IMG/VR virus record: IMGVR_UViG_3300032282_001014
Span: 1-58,744 of that record
Strand: one strand, 5' to 3'
Length of the DNA stretch: 58,744 nucleotides
Origin: a virus
Taxonomy: Duplodnaviria > Caudoviricetes
In this document: piece after piece, positions 44,938 through 54,466 of the stretch
How positions within the stretch are numbered: position 1 is the stretch's first letter
How the letters are laid out: each line of letters begins with the position of its first letter
Notes under the pieces: generated by a model
What the model saw: the letters and a program-made list of their open reading frames with translations, nothing else
Database searches by the model: none
Told to the model about the DNA's origin: nothing
Translations under genes and position numbers: made by a program

Positions 44938-45531
44938 ATGTCTTCGACTAGCGCACCTTTTGGTTTTCGCGCATCGTACCACAACAGTGGTCAAATGCGT
45001 CCGAAAGCCTATGTAATCGCTTCGACCTATGCGGCAAATATTTTCTCGGGCGACCCTGTAAAATTAACCGATAACGGTGTTATTCAACTTGGCACTTCAG
45101 ATGGTACTCGTTCAGGTACTGTTGATGGTGTTACTTTGCTAGGCATTTTCGCTGGTTGTCAGTACAACGATGCTACTGGTAAACCAACGATTTCGCCATT
45201 TTGGCCAACTGGCGCAACAGGTACTGAAATTACCGCTTGGGTGTATGACGATCCTGAGACACTATTTGCTGTTCAGTACAACAATCCTTCTTCTGGTACA
45301 ACTATGCAGACTGCGGTCGGCGAAGAATGTGATTGGACTGTAGCATCTCCTGGTGGTTCGACCCAAACAGGTCTTTCCAATACTTATTTGACTGCTATTG
45401 TAGCAACCTCTGGTCAGTTCCAGATTACAGGTTTCGAAGGTAACGTCAATGACTCTATAACAGACGCTTATATTGTGGCTACGGTTCGTATTAACGAACA
45501 CGCCTACAAAGCTGCTGTTAATAGTATTTAA
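44938..45531 (+). CDS. capsid-associated (decoration/cement) protein
   Basis: APFGFR...NIFSGDPVK...LGIFAGCQY...VYDDPETLF pattern directly upstream of the major capsid gene. Confidence 0.65.
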   Translation: MSSTSAPFGFRASYHNSGQMRPKAYVIASTYAANIFSGDPVKLTDNGVIQLGTSDGTRSGTVDGVTLLGIFAGCQYNDATGKPTISPFWPTGATGTEITAWVYDDPETLFAVQYNNPSSGTTMQTAVGEECDWTVASPGGSTQTGLSNTYLTAIVATSGQFQITGFEGNVNDSITDAYIVATVRINEHAYKAAVNSI

Positions 45532-45546
45532 AGGAGGGTTGATTAA

Positions 45547-46461
45547 ATGGCAACTCCAATGAGAAGTACCGACTTTCGGTCGGTAGTTGAACCTATCCTT
45601 AACGAAGTCTTCGATGGTGTTTATGACCAGCGTGCAGACGAGTGGAAGATGGTTTTCCGTGAGCAAAAAGGTATTCCCCGTAATTATCACGAGGAACCTG
45701 TTCTGTATGGTTTTGGCGCAGCTCCAGAACTCCCTGACGGTATGGCTGTTACGTATCAGTCCGGTGGTGTTCTGTTCCTGCAACGCTACCTCTACAAAGT
45801 CTATGGTTTGGCTTTCGCGCTGACCAAAGTTCTGGTAGAAGACGGCGACCACATCCGTATCGGTAAGACCTACGCTGAGCACCTCGCTCAATCGCTGGTT
45901 GAAACCAAGGAAACTCTGGGCGCTAACATTCTGAACCGTGCGTTCAATGCTGCTTATACTGGCGGCGATGGCGTGGCTCTTGTATCTACTAGCCACCCAA
46001 TCGTTAACGGTGTGTTCAGCAATCAGCTGACCACTGCTGCAGCTTTGTCGCAAACATCGCTTGAGCAGATGCTGATTCAGATCCGCAACGCTGTTGACAA
46101 CAACGGTAAGCGTATCCGTTTGACACCTAAGAAGATCGTTTCTGGTCCTTCTAACGTATTCCAAGCTGAAGTTCTGCTGAAGTCCGTCTTGCGTGCTGGC
46201 ACAGCTGACAACGACATCAACCCTGTTAAGTCGATGGGTCTGTTGGCTGAAGGTCAAGCTAACCTTTCTCGTATTACTTCAACTACCGCATGGTGGGTTC
46301 AGACTGATGCTCCACAAGGTCTGAAGCTGTTGATGCGTCGTGGTTTGGAGAAGTCAATGGAAGGTGATTTCGAGACCGACTCGATGCGTTACAAAGCCAC
46401 CGAGCGTTACATCTTCGGTTGGACTGACCCACGTGGTGTCTACGGCACTGCTGGAGTCTAA
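45547..46461 (+). CDS. major capsid protein (HK97 fold)
   Basis: 304 aa; strong SD GGAGG; GGDGVAL.STSHP, LSQTSLE, GDFETDSMRYKATERY..GWTDPRG; followed by a terminator. Confidence 0.85.
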   Translation: MATPMRSTDFRSVVEPILNEVFDGVYDQRADEWKMVFREQKGIPRNYHEEPVLYGFGAAPELPDGMAVTYQSGGVLFLQRYLYKVYGLAFALTKVLVEDGDHIRIGKTYAEHLAQSLVETKETLGANILNRAFNAAYTGGDGVALVSTSHPIVNGVFSNQLTTAAALSQTSLEQMLIQIRNAVDNNGKRIRLTPKKIVSGPSNVFQAEVLLKSVLRAGTADNDINPVKSMGLLAEGQANLSRITSTTAWWVQTDAPQGLKLLMRRGLEKSMEGDFETDSMRYKATERYIFGWTDPRGVYGTAGV

Positions 46462-46472
46462 AGCAAGAATAG

Positions 46473-46502
46473 CCCTCGCTTGGAAACAGGCGGGGGTTTT
46501 TT
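46473..46502 (+). terminator. rho-independent terminator after the major capsid gene
   Basis: CCCTCGCTTG-GAAA-CAGGCGGGGG followed by T6. Confidence 0.75.
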
Positions 46503-46514
46503 CCGGATTATTCC

Positions 46515-46570
46515 GTGTATCTGACAGTTCCGGCTGACGACATGCAGACAGATACGCACCACTCGCATGT
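46515..46570 (+). ncRNA. candidate structured leader / pseudoknot upstream of 46583
   Basis: GTGTATCTG/CAGATACGC stem, inner CAG/CTG hairpin, ACATGC(46540-46545)/GCATGT(46565-46570) next to the SD. Confidence 0.4.
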
Positions 46571-46582
46571 GAGGAAATTAAA

Positions 46583-47002
46583 ATGGCACGTACTACATTT
46601 AGCGGTCCAGTATCGTCTTTGAACGGTTTCATTCCTGGCCACCAAGTAACAACAAACAACGCTATTAACGCAACTGCTACCGCTACGGCAGCTCAAGTTG
46701 CTACCGGCTATATTACTTCTACTTCCGCAGCGGCTACTTCTATCACTATGCCTACAGGCACAGCTCTGGGTAACTTGCTTGGTGCAACTCAAGGTACAAG
46801 TTTAGACCTGTACATTGACAATACCGCTGGGGCGAGCACTGTAACTATGGTCGTCAACACAAATGCTATTTTGTCGTCAGCAGCGGCAGACACTGCGGCT
46901 AGTTTCGGCGATTTGACAATCGCAGCCGGTGTGACAGGTGTTGGTCGTTACACAATCATGTTCTCTAGCCCAACCGCATACGTATTTACTCGTACAGCGT
47001 AA
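46583..47002 (+). CDS. virion structural protein (head fibre/decoration-like)
   Basis: MARTTFSGPV start, T/A-rich, directly after the capsid gene. Confidence 0.6.
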   Translation: MARTTFSGPVSSLNGFIPGHQVTTNNAINATATATAAQVATGYITSTSAAATSITMPTGTALGNLLGATQGTSLDLYIDNTAGASTVTMVVNTNAILSSAAADTAASFGDLTIAAGVTGVGRYTIMFSSPTAYVFTRTA

Positions 47003-47005
47003 TTG

Positions 47006-47028
47006 TGAGGGGGTTCTCCCCCTCATTT
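47006..47028 (+). terminator. possible rho-independent terminator
   Basis: TGAGGGG-N5-CCCCTCA-TTTT. Confidence 0.55.
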
Positions 47029-47041
47029 TAAGGAGATATAC

Positions 47042-47452
47042 ATGGCTGATGCAGTAACCTCGCAAGTTTTGCTTGATGGCGAACGACTATACATCGCAAA
47101 ATTTACAAACATTTCAGACGGCACAGGTGAGACGGCAGTTTTGAAGATTGACGTCTCTACACTTGCGCCTAATGCTTTCAATTTAGCGTGCAACGGTGTA
47201 AAACTGAACAAAGTTTACGCTACTACCCACGGCATGGAAGTTAGAATTCTTTGGGACGCTACTACTGATGTTTTTGCATGGATGATTCCGCAAAACACAA
47301 ACTACCTTATGGATTTTTCTTCATTCGGTGGCATATCAAACAATTCCGGAGCCGGTAGTACAGGAGACGTGCTATTCACTACACTAGACAGCACTAACGG
47401 AGATATGTATAGTATCGTACTTGAATGTATTAAAACATACGCCACCTCGTAA
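47042..47452 (+). CDS. virion structural protein
   Basis: MADAVTSQ...KFTNISDGTGE...DFSSFGG...TGDVLFTT; AGGAG upstream. Confidence 0.65.
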   Translation: MADAVTSQVLLDGERLYIAKFTNISDGTGETAVLKIDVSTLAPNAFNLACNGVKLNKVYATTHGMEVRILWDATTDVFAWMIPQNTNYLMDFSSFGGISNNSGAGSTGDVLFTTLDSTNGDMYSIVLECIKTYATS

Positions 47453-47461
47453 GGACAAATC

Positions 47462-47794
47462 ATGGCAAAAGGACCACAGTACGTTAAAGATTTTGACTTC
47501 AGCGTAAAACCTTGTGAGTACAGCTACGGCGGTAAAGTAAAAGGTTACGCAAAAGGCGGCGTAATTGAGAAAGCTACCGGAGAGCGTTACCCTAGCAAAA
47601 AAGTTATGATGAAGCACGAAGCCATGGAAACTCCTCGCATGCAGCGTGAAGAAGTCATGCGACGTTCTGAAGTTAAAGGTGCTATTCCTGGTAAAGCGAT
47701 GCGTCGTTCTGTACCTGTAGCACCTCAAGTGCCGATGATCGGTATGCAAAAAGGTGGTTCGGCAATGAAAATGAGCAAAATTACAAAGAAGTAA
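47462..47794 (+). CDS. small basic head-internal protein with three xxxGG motifs
   Basis: K/M-rich; YSYGGKV, YAKGGVI, MQKGGSA. Confidence 0.6.
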   Translation: MAKGPQYVKDFDFSVKPCEYSYGGKVKGYAKGGVIEKATGERYPSKKVMMKHEAMETPRMQREEVMRRSEVKGAIPGKAMRRSVPVAPQVPMIGMQKGGSAMKMSKITKK

Positions 47795-47795
47795 T

Positions 47796-47824
47796 TTGCT
47801 ATTTTAGTGTTATTGAACTATAAT
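47796..47824 (+). promoter_or_regulatory. sigma70-type promoter TTGCTA-N17-TATAAT
   Basis: Exact spacing; intergenic. Confidence 0.7.
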
Positions 47825-47880
47825 TTCGTCATTCGGGCACGCTGGAACAGCGGCTATACTGACTACTATACGGAGTTAGC

Positions 47881-48861
47881 ATGGCGTATTCTGGCAGCAT
47901 AGGAAACACGACGTTTAACGCTCTGAAGGTGATTGATCATGCCTACAGACGTTGTCGCTTGCCTGCTCAGGCTATAACGAGCGAGATGCAGAACTATGCT
48001 TTAGATTCCCTATTCATGCTTCTTTCAGACTTAGCGAATGTGCGTACACCTAGCTGGTGTATAGAAAAGCTCATTCTACCTATGTATGAAAATCAGCCGA
48101 TTATACCTATGCCGGCAGGTACAATTGATATTTTGAATCTGAATTACCGTCAGATACAACCTGTAAGCGGCGCATACGTAGCTACTTCTACCTCGTATAC
48201 CGTAAACTTCACTACTTCTACCGTCGTAGATACAGTTGGAATTAAATGGAGCGCAGCTTCTGTGCCGCTCACATTCCAAACTAGTGTTGACGGTACAACT
48301 TGGATTACCGTAGGAAGTGCAGATGACACGTCTTCAGCTGGCGAAATAAACTGGACAGACATTTCTGGTGCCATCGCCTATCAGTACTTCCGTATTACCT
48401 CTACGGCTACGATTTCGTACTCTGCGATAACCCTCGGTAACCTTCCTCAAGAAATACCTCTGGGACTTTTGAACAGAGACGGTTATGTTAACCAGAGTAA
48501 TAAATATTTTCCTGGTAGACCTAGCAATTATTGGTACCAGAGAGATTTACCTAACCCTGTCGTAAACCTATGGCCAGCACCGTTTTTAGCTGCTGAAAAT
48601 GCGCAGCTGATTCTTTGGCGCCATAGACAGATTATGGACACCCAGAATTTACAGCAGCAAGTTGAAATACCTACTCGCTGGTATGATGCTATAGTTAACA
48701 AGTTAGCTTACAAAGTAGCTAGAGAAACACCAGCAGTAGACATGAATCTGTTTCCTCTTTTGCAACAGGATTCAAACTTGTCTGAGGAACGAGCTTGGGA
48801 AGGTGATGGCGACCGCTCACCTACTTATATCCAACCTTCTATCGGAGTGTATACAGCATGA
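47881..48861 (+). CDS. head-tail connector-like protein with an inserted beta-sandwich domain
   Basis: VIDHAYRRC...SLFMLLSDLAN, GRPSNYWY...LWPAP, EIPTRWYDAIV; central SVDGTTW...YQYFRI discoidin-like insert. Confidence 0.6.
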   Translation: MAYSGSIGNTTFNALKVIDHAYRRCRLPAQAITSEMQNYALDSLFMLLSDLANVRTPSWCIEKLILPMYENQPIIPMPAGTIDILNLNYRQIQPVSGAYVATSTSYTVNFTTSTVVDTVGIKWSAASVPLTFQTSVDGTTWITVGSADDTSSAGEINWTDISGAIAYQYFRITSTATISYSAITLGNLPQEIPLGLLNRDGYVNQSNKYFPGRPSNYWYQRDLPNPVVNLWPAPFLAAENAQLILWRHRQIMDTQNLQQQVEIPTRWYDAIVNKLAYKVARETPAVDMNLFPLLQQDSNLSEERAWEGDGDRSPTYIQPSIGVYTA

Positions 48862-49166
48862 GTAATGTTGTTTACCTTGACGTACGAGGAGAACCGACGT
48901 TCGGTATCGGTATATGTGCCCGTTGCTCGCGTAAGTTTAAACTTGCAGATTTGGCTTCTGATCCTAATTACCCTAATCTCATGGTCTGTGAACAAGATCG
49001 TGATGATTATGACCCGTATCGTCTTGCGCCACGTAAAGAAGACCAAATCATTCTTCCATTTACGCGTCCGGACACTCAGATAAACACACGTCCTGCTGGA
49101 GTTATTCAAGAGGCAGGTGATGAGTTCTTCGTCACAGAAGACGGTAACGGCTACTTGGAGTTTTAA
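48858..49166 (+). CDS. Cys-motif structural-module protein
   Basis: GICARCSRKF...LMVC...DDYDP. Confidence 0.6.
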   Translation: MSNVVYLDVRGEPTFGIGICARCSRKFKLADLASDPNYPNLMVCEQDRDDYDPYRLAPRKEDQIILPFTRPDTQINTRPAGVIQEAGDEFFVTEDGNGYLEF

Positions 49167-51059
49167 ATGTCAGACGTTCCAAGCAATTTAATACCGACCA
49201 GAATAACGCAACTTCCAGTTGCGCCTGTAGCTGACGAAAACAGCTTGATGATGATTGTCTACCAAGGTAATAATTATCAAATCCGTGTCGGAGATTTGCT
49301 AAGTGTTGCCGGAGTACCAACTACAACACAAGTCATTGCTGGCACAGGAATGACCGGCGGTGGCCAGCTTACAGGTAACGTAACTCTAAGTATTGCTACA
49401 GGTGGTGTCGGAAGCACGCAGCTTGCAAGTTCTGGTGTGACCCCAGGAGTTTACGGCACTGCTACGCAGATCCCTGTGTTTACTGTAGACACTACAGGTC
49501 GAGTCACTGCTGCAACTACAGTAGCTGCTACTATTTCAGGTTATGTTCCTGACACTCGCCAAGTTATAGCCGGAACTGGTTTAAACGGGGGTGGAGCACT
49601 AAGCGCTAACGTAACTTTAAACGCAAATCTGGGTAATTCTTTACCTCTAGCTGGTTTTCAAAGCGGCTCTGCCGGAACTTCTACTAATATTTCTAGAGAA
49701 GATCATAAACATCCTGCCGTAAACCTAGCTCTTGACGATGAAGTAGACGGTATCCTCGGTCTTTCTAACGGCGGTACAGCTAAGAGTTTAGTACCTACTG
49801 CGGGTGCTATAGTTTGGTCAGGCGCAGATGGTTTGTATATTGGTCCTCAAGGTTTAGCTGGGCAAGTTTTAATTTCAGGCGGCTCAGGTCAATATACTTG
49901 GGGTTCAGCCTTAGTTATAAGTGACCAACCTGCTAATGTTGTTTACGCTGGTCCTACGGCTGGTGCAAGCGGACCTACAAGTTTTCGTTCTTTAGTTATA
50001 GCTGACTTACCTAATTCAGGAGTTTCTGCTACTACTTACGGAAGCTCGTCTAGCGTCCCTGTAGTCACGTTTAACGCAAAAGGTCAGGCGACTTCAGTAA
50101 CTAACACGCCGATTAACGCTATAGCGTTAACCACAGGTACCATAACAACGTCGCCGACTAACGGTACTGACATTGTCAATAAAGACTATGCTGACGCGAT
50201 AGCATCGGGATTAAATTATCATCAGCCGGTTATTTATGCTTCTACAGTAGCATTACCTGCGTATACGTACAACAACGGTACAAGCGGTGTAGGCGCTACT
50301 ATAACTGCTAATGCAAACGGTGCTTTGTCGTTAGGTGGCGGTTCTCCAACAGCTACGCAGCGGGTCTTAATTAAAGATGAAACAGCTGGCAACGCTCCTT
50401 ATAACGGTGTGTATGTAGTTACGCAAGCCGGTACAGCAGGAACACCGTTTATTTTAACTAGAGCTACAGATTATGACACTAGCGGCTCAGGTACTAATGA
50501 AATAGACCAAGGTGATTATGTTTTAGTTTTATCTGGAACTCTAGCTAGTACAGCTTGGGTTCAGCAGACTGCTTTACCTATTGTAGTCGGTACTACTGCT
50601 CTTTCGTTTGTACAGTTCAATGCACCTATAACGTACAGCGCAGGAACAGGATTAAATCTTTCACCGTCTACCACGTTTAATATAACTAATACTGGGGTAA
50701 CGGCAGCAGCTTACGGTTCAGCTTCTTCCGTCAGCACTTTTAGTGTTAACGCTCAGGGTCAGTTAACTCTTGCCGCATCAACCAGTATTGCTATTTCTGC
50801 TAGCCAAATAACTTCTGGAACGCTACCTATAGGTAACGGCGGTACGGGTCAAAGTACTAAAGTTCCGGCATTCAATGCTTTATCGCCGAGCGCTACAAAG
50901 GGTGATATAATTGGGTTTGACGGAACAAATAATATAGCATTTCCAGTAGGCGCAAACGACCTTGTCCTCACAGCAGATTCAACTGCCGCTAGCGGACTGC
51001 GCTGGGGAGCAGGTGGTAGCGCAGCTCTAGGGCAGTCGTATGCTTGGTTTATATCATAA
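49167..51059 (+). CDS. tail fibre protein
   Basis: 630 aa; repeated GVTPGVYG..TVDTTGRVT-like units, IAGTG.GGG.L..NVTL, RVLIKDE..APYNGVY..LTRATD, GNGGTG. Confidence 0.8.
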   Translation: MSDVPSNLIPTRITQLPVAPVADENSLMMIVYQGNNYQIRVGDLLSVAGVPTTTQVIAGTGMTGGGQLTGNVTLSIATGGVGSTQLASSGVTPGVYGTATQIPVFTVDTTGRVTAATTVAATISGYVPDTRQVIAGTGLNGGGALSANVTLNANLGNSLPLAGFQSGSAGTSTNISREDHKHPAVNLALDDEVDGILGLSNGGTAKSLVPTAGAIVWSGADGLYIGPQGLAGQVLISGGSGQYTWGSALVISDQPANVVYAGPTAGASGPTSFRSLVIADLPNSGVSATTYGSSSSVPVVTFNAKGQATSVTNTPINAIALTTGTITTSPTNGTDIVNKDYADAIASGLNYHQPVIYASTVALPAYTYNNGTSGVGATITANANGALSLGGGSPTATQRVLIKDETAGNAPYNGVYVVTQAGTAGTPFILTRATDYDTSGSGTNEIDQGDYVLVLSGTLASTAWVQQTALPIVVGTTALSFVQFNAPITYSAGTGLNLSPSTTFNITNTGVTAAAYGSASSVSTFSVNAQGQLTLAASTSIAISASQITSGTLPIGNGGTGQSTKVPAFNALSPSATKGDIIGFDGTNNIAFPVGANDLVLTADSTAASGLRWGAGGSAALGQSYAWFIS

Positions 51060-51068
51060 GGATCAGTC

Positions 51069-51734
51069 ATGTTAGTTCTTGACAGCACTAGTAAATCGAT
51101 ACAAATAGTGATGAGCGGGGCAGCAGCCACGACTAATCCTGATTTTGTTTCAACGTATTCAGACAATAACGGCACAACTTTTGTTGAAGGCTCTTCAGAC
51201 GGAGCTTTAAACGGAACTACTGCGGTTACGGTTGTTGCTGCACCGGCGGCTTCTACTCGTCGTATTATTAAAACTATCTATGTTGAAAATAAAGATACTG
51301 CGGCTATAACGATCACCGTAACCTATTTAAATTCTGCAACATCAAGAACTATAGTTAGAGTTACCCTTCAAGTAGGCGACACTTGGACTACCGACGGAAC
51401 TTTTGACACCTACGGCGCATTAAAACAAACGGTTGGGGTAGTTAATTTAGCGAATGTTACTGGTGTTTTGCCGACTGCAAATGGCGGTACAAATCTAAGT
51501 TCATTCACGTCTGGTGGTGCTGTTTACGCGACATCTACAAGTGTTTTAACTACAGGCACATTGCCGATCGCTTCTGGTGGTACAAATGCTACTGCAACCC
51601 CAACAGCGGGTGGATCAGCATACGGAACCGGAACGGCATACGCATTTACTTCCGCAGGTACTGCAGGTCAAATACTAACAAGTAACGGAGCAAGTGCTCC
51701 GACTTGGAATGGTATTAACGGGGGTACGTTTTAA
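51069..51734 (+). CDS. tail fibre-associated protein
   Basis: LPTANGGT, LPIASGGT and GQILTSNG fibre motifs. Confidence 0.7.
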   Translation: MLVLDSTSKSIQIVMSGAAATTNPDFVSTYSDNNGTTFVEGSSDGALNGTTAVTVVAAPAASTRRIIKTIYVENKDTAAITITVTYLNSATSRTIVRVTLQVGDTWTTDGTFDTYGALKQTVGVVNLANVTGVLPTANGGTNLSSFTSGGAVYATSTSVLTTGTLPIASGGTNATATPTAGGSAYGTGTAYAFTSAGTAGQILTSNGASAPTWNGINGGTF

Positions 51735-52078
51735 TGATTGAAAAATTAATAGCTAGAGCATTTAAGATAAGAAACGTCGCCCATGTTAAACATTGGAAGA
51801 CAAATTCTTATGCTCAGCACAAAGCTTTAGGTCATTTTTATGAAGACCTAGTAGAATCTCTTGATAAATACGTTGAAGCCTATCAAGGAACATACGGTTT
51901 AATAGGAGATATGCCTGAGGACGTGCCCAATATCGTTAAAGTTTTGAGGGACGAACTGATCTGGTTAAATGAAAATCGTGAAAAAGTTGCCTGTGATATT
52001 CCAGCATTAGAGAATATAATAGACGAAATGACCGCGAATTACATGAAAACTTTGTACAAACTTGAAAATTTGAGGTAA
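51734..52078 (+). CDS. ferritin/Dps-like four-helix protein (DUF5856-like)
   Basis: HVKHWKTNSYAQHKALGHFYEDL..LDKYVEAYQG, LENIIDEM, LYKL. Confidence 0.65.
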   Translation: MIEKLIARAFKIRNVAHVKHWKTNSYAQHKALGHFYEDLVESLDKYVEAYQGTYGLIGDMPEDVPNIVKVLRDELIWLNENREKVACDIPALENIIDEMTANYMKTLYKLENLR

Positions 52079-52082
52079 AACT

Positions 52083-52400
52083 ATGGCACAAGCAGGATAT
52101 ACCCCGATTCAATTATATCGCACTACGACTGCTGCAGCAGCTCCTTCAGCTGGTAATTTAAATGCCGGAGAGCTAGGCTTCAATATTGCTGACGCAGACA
52201 TGGCGTTGTACGCTAAAAACAACACCGGCACTGTTAAACGTATTATGAACAATCCTGCCGGTTTAAAATACCCCACGGCAGACGGAACGAATGGCCAGTT
52301 TGTAACTACTGACGGAGCTGGTAATTTGTCTTTCGCAACATCTTCTGGCGGTATTACAACAGGTAAAGCCATCGCTATGGCGATGATTTTTGGATTCTAA
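52083..52400 (+). CDS. tail fibre subunit
   Basis: PSAGNLNAGELGFNIAD, PTADGTNGQFVTTDGAGNLSF, C-terminal GKAIAMAMIFG. Confidence 0.7.
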   Translation: MAQAGYTPIQLYRTTTAAAAPSAGNLNAGELGFNIADADMALYAKNNTGTVKRIMNNPAGLKYPTADGTNGQFVTTDGAGNLSFATSSGGITTGKAIAMAMIFGF

Positions 52401-52410
52401 GGAGTAACAC

Positions 52411-52830
52411 ATGGCTAGTCCTAATATTGTTGGCGTAACAGACATTCGCGGGTTTGTCGCATACGTCATACCTTCTTCTGCTGCTACGGCAACCACTTCG
52501 TGGACGTATGACGGTACAACCTCTTTAACTGGGTTGACTCCGTCTGCGGGCACAATAGTTAACCGAGTCACGTCTATTACTGCGGCAAATACAACCGCTA
52601 GTGCTGCAACTGCAACGATTGCGCTAGGTAACAACGCTACGTTCGCTTCTGCTACTGTGACTACGTATCCTGCTTATCAGATTTCAGTACCAGCAAATTC
52701 AACGCTTATTATCATTGATAAGACAAACTCGTTGTACGTCACTAATACAACATCTGTCGCTGCATTCTCTGGAACAGCAAGCGCATTGACTTTTACAGCT
52801 ACTTTTGAAGCAATTACTGGTACTGCTTAA
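52411..52830 (+). CDS. tail fibre-associated protein
   Basis: MASPNIVGVT...ISVPANSTLIIIDK, beta-rich. Confidence 0.65.
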   Translation: MASPNIVGVTDIRGFVAYVIPSSAATATTSWTYDGTTSLTGLTPSAGTIVNRVTSITAANTTASAATATIALGNNATFASATVTTYPAYQISVPANSTLIIIDKTNSLYVTNTTSVAAFSGTASALTFTATFEAITGTA

Positions 52831-52841
52831 AAGGAATTGAC

Positions 52842-54458
52842 ATGGCAATTCATGGTTATCCTGGGCAGATAATAAGCGCTATACAACCTACAGCATTTAG
52901 CTCTGCTATATGGACGCTTACTAACGCTAACAAAGCTTACAATACTGTTGTGCAGATATTTACTGCAACAGCTAATTGGGTGTGTCCCCAAGGTGTAACT
53001 TCTGTTGAGTATTTATGTGTAGCTGGTGGCGGTTCTGGAGGTTCTGTCGCCGGAGGTGGCGGCGGTGCAGGTGGGTTTAGAGCAGGTTCAGGTTTAGCGG
53101 TTGTCCCAGGAACTTCTTACACAATTACTGTCGGCGGCGGTGGAGCAACTCAAACAAGCACTGGTCCTGGCGCTGCAAACCCAGGAGTTAACTCTTCTAT
53201 AGGTTCTTTGCTAGTTTCAACTGCTGGGGGTGGGGGTAGTAATAACGGTGGCAATGCTGGTAGCGGCGGTTCTGGCGGTGGTGGTCCTAGAAATGGTGGC
53301 GTTGGTGGCACTGGTAATTCTGGAGGCTTTACTCCGTCAGAAGGAAATAGAGGCGGTGTTGGTTCAAATCCAGCAGGTACTGCAGGTGGTGGAGGTGGAG
53401 CGGGTGGTGTTGGAGGTGACGGTGCTGGTGGATCCGGTGTTTATGCTGGGGCTGGAGGTGCAGGTTTACTCTCAGCTTTGAGCGGTATTGGCGATTACTA
53501 TGCTGGCGGTGGTGGTGGCGGGGCTGATCAACCAGGAAATTACGGTGGTGTAGGTGGTAGAGGTGGTGGCGGTAACGGTGCCGCAGCAAATAATTCAGGT
53601 AGTGCCGCAGCTGTTAATTCTGGCGGCGGTGGCGGTGGGGGTGGTGGCAATGGAACTCCTTGGGACGGCGGGGCTGGTGGTTCAGGTATAGTAATCCTTA
53701 GATATATTCAATCTGGAATTTCTATAGTGTCGTTTAACACCACTACCACTTACAAAATACCTTCTGGTTTTACACAAGCTGATTACCTTGTGGTTGCAGG
53801 AGGCGGCGGTGGTGGTTCGCGTCACGGAGGCGGTGGTGGCGGTGGCGGCGTTAGAACAGGAACCGGTCTTTCTGTTTCCGGTACGTACACAATCACAGTA
53901 GGTGCTGGCGGTGCTGGAAGCACTAATACAGGCACAGGAAGTAATGGAGTTGTAGGAGGAAATTCTACTTTTTCATCTATTACTTCTACTGGTGGCGGTT
54001 ATGGTTCAGGAGGTGCTAACGGAGGTCCTGGTGGCAGTGGGGGCGGCTGTGGTCCTGGGTCATCCGGAGGTCCTGGGACTCCTGGCCAAGGAAATGATGG
54101 AGGAGCTACAGCCACTGTTGATTACCATGGCTCTGGTGGCGGTGGTGCCAGTACTGCTGGTGGAAGTGTTACCGGACAGTTCGGAGGTGTTGGTGGAGAT
54201 GGTACTATATCAACTCTTAGCGGGTCTGGCGTATATTATTATGGTTGTGGAGGCGGTGGCGGTGCACTACAAGGTATCGGTGGATCATCAGGACCAGGAG
54301 GTGCTGGCGGGTCTGGTAGTATAAACGGCGGTATAGGAGCTGGGGTAGGACAAGGAAACTCTGGTGCAGATAACACCGGAACAGGCGGCGGTGGAGGAAA
54401 CTCAAGTTTAGGTGCCTACAATGGTGGTTCAGGTTTAGTTGTTCTGAGATTATATTAA
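52842..54458 (+). CDS. glycine-rich tail fibre / receptor-binding protein 1 (two tandem Gly-rich domains)
   Basis: Two units, each running from (V/A)(E/D)YLxVAGGG to GGSG(I/L)V(I/V)LR. Confidence 0.75.
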   Translation: MAIHGYPGQIISAIQPTAFSSAIWTLTNANKAYNTVVQIFTATANWVCPQGVTSVEYLCVAGGGSGGSVAGGGGGAGGFRAGSGLAVVPGTSYTITVGGGGATQTSTGPGAANPGVNSSIGSLLVSTAGGGGSNNGGNAGSGGSGGGGPRNGGVGGTGNSGGFTPSEGNRGGVGSNPAGTAGGGGGAGGVGGDGAGGSGVYAGAGGAGLLSALSGIGDYYAGGGGGGADQPGNYGGVGGRGGGGNGAAANNSGSAAAVNSGGGGGGGGGNGTPWDGGAGGSGIVILRYIQSGISIVSFNTTTTYKIPSGFTQADYLVVAGGGGGGSRHGGGGGGGGVRTGTGLSVSGTYTITVGAGGAGSTNTGTGSNGVVGGNSTFSSITSTGGGYGSGGANGGPGGSGGGCGPGSSGGPGTPGQGNDGGATATVDYHGSGGGGASTAGGSVTGQFGGVGGDGTISTLSGSGVYYYGCGGGGGALQGIGGSSGPGGAGGSGSINGGIGAGVGQGNSGADNTGTGGGGGNSSLGAYNGGSGLVVLRLY

Positions 54459-54466
54459 GGTGAACG

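Noticed and set aside
45262-46257. 331-aa minus-strand ORF and other antisense ORFs (e.g. 10950-11510, 30691-31230, 35649-36092)
   Set aside because: They shadow well-supported plus-strand genes, lack recognisable motifs, and are expected from codon bias on the coding strand
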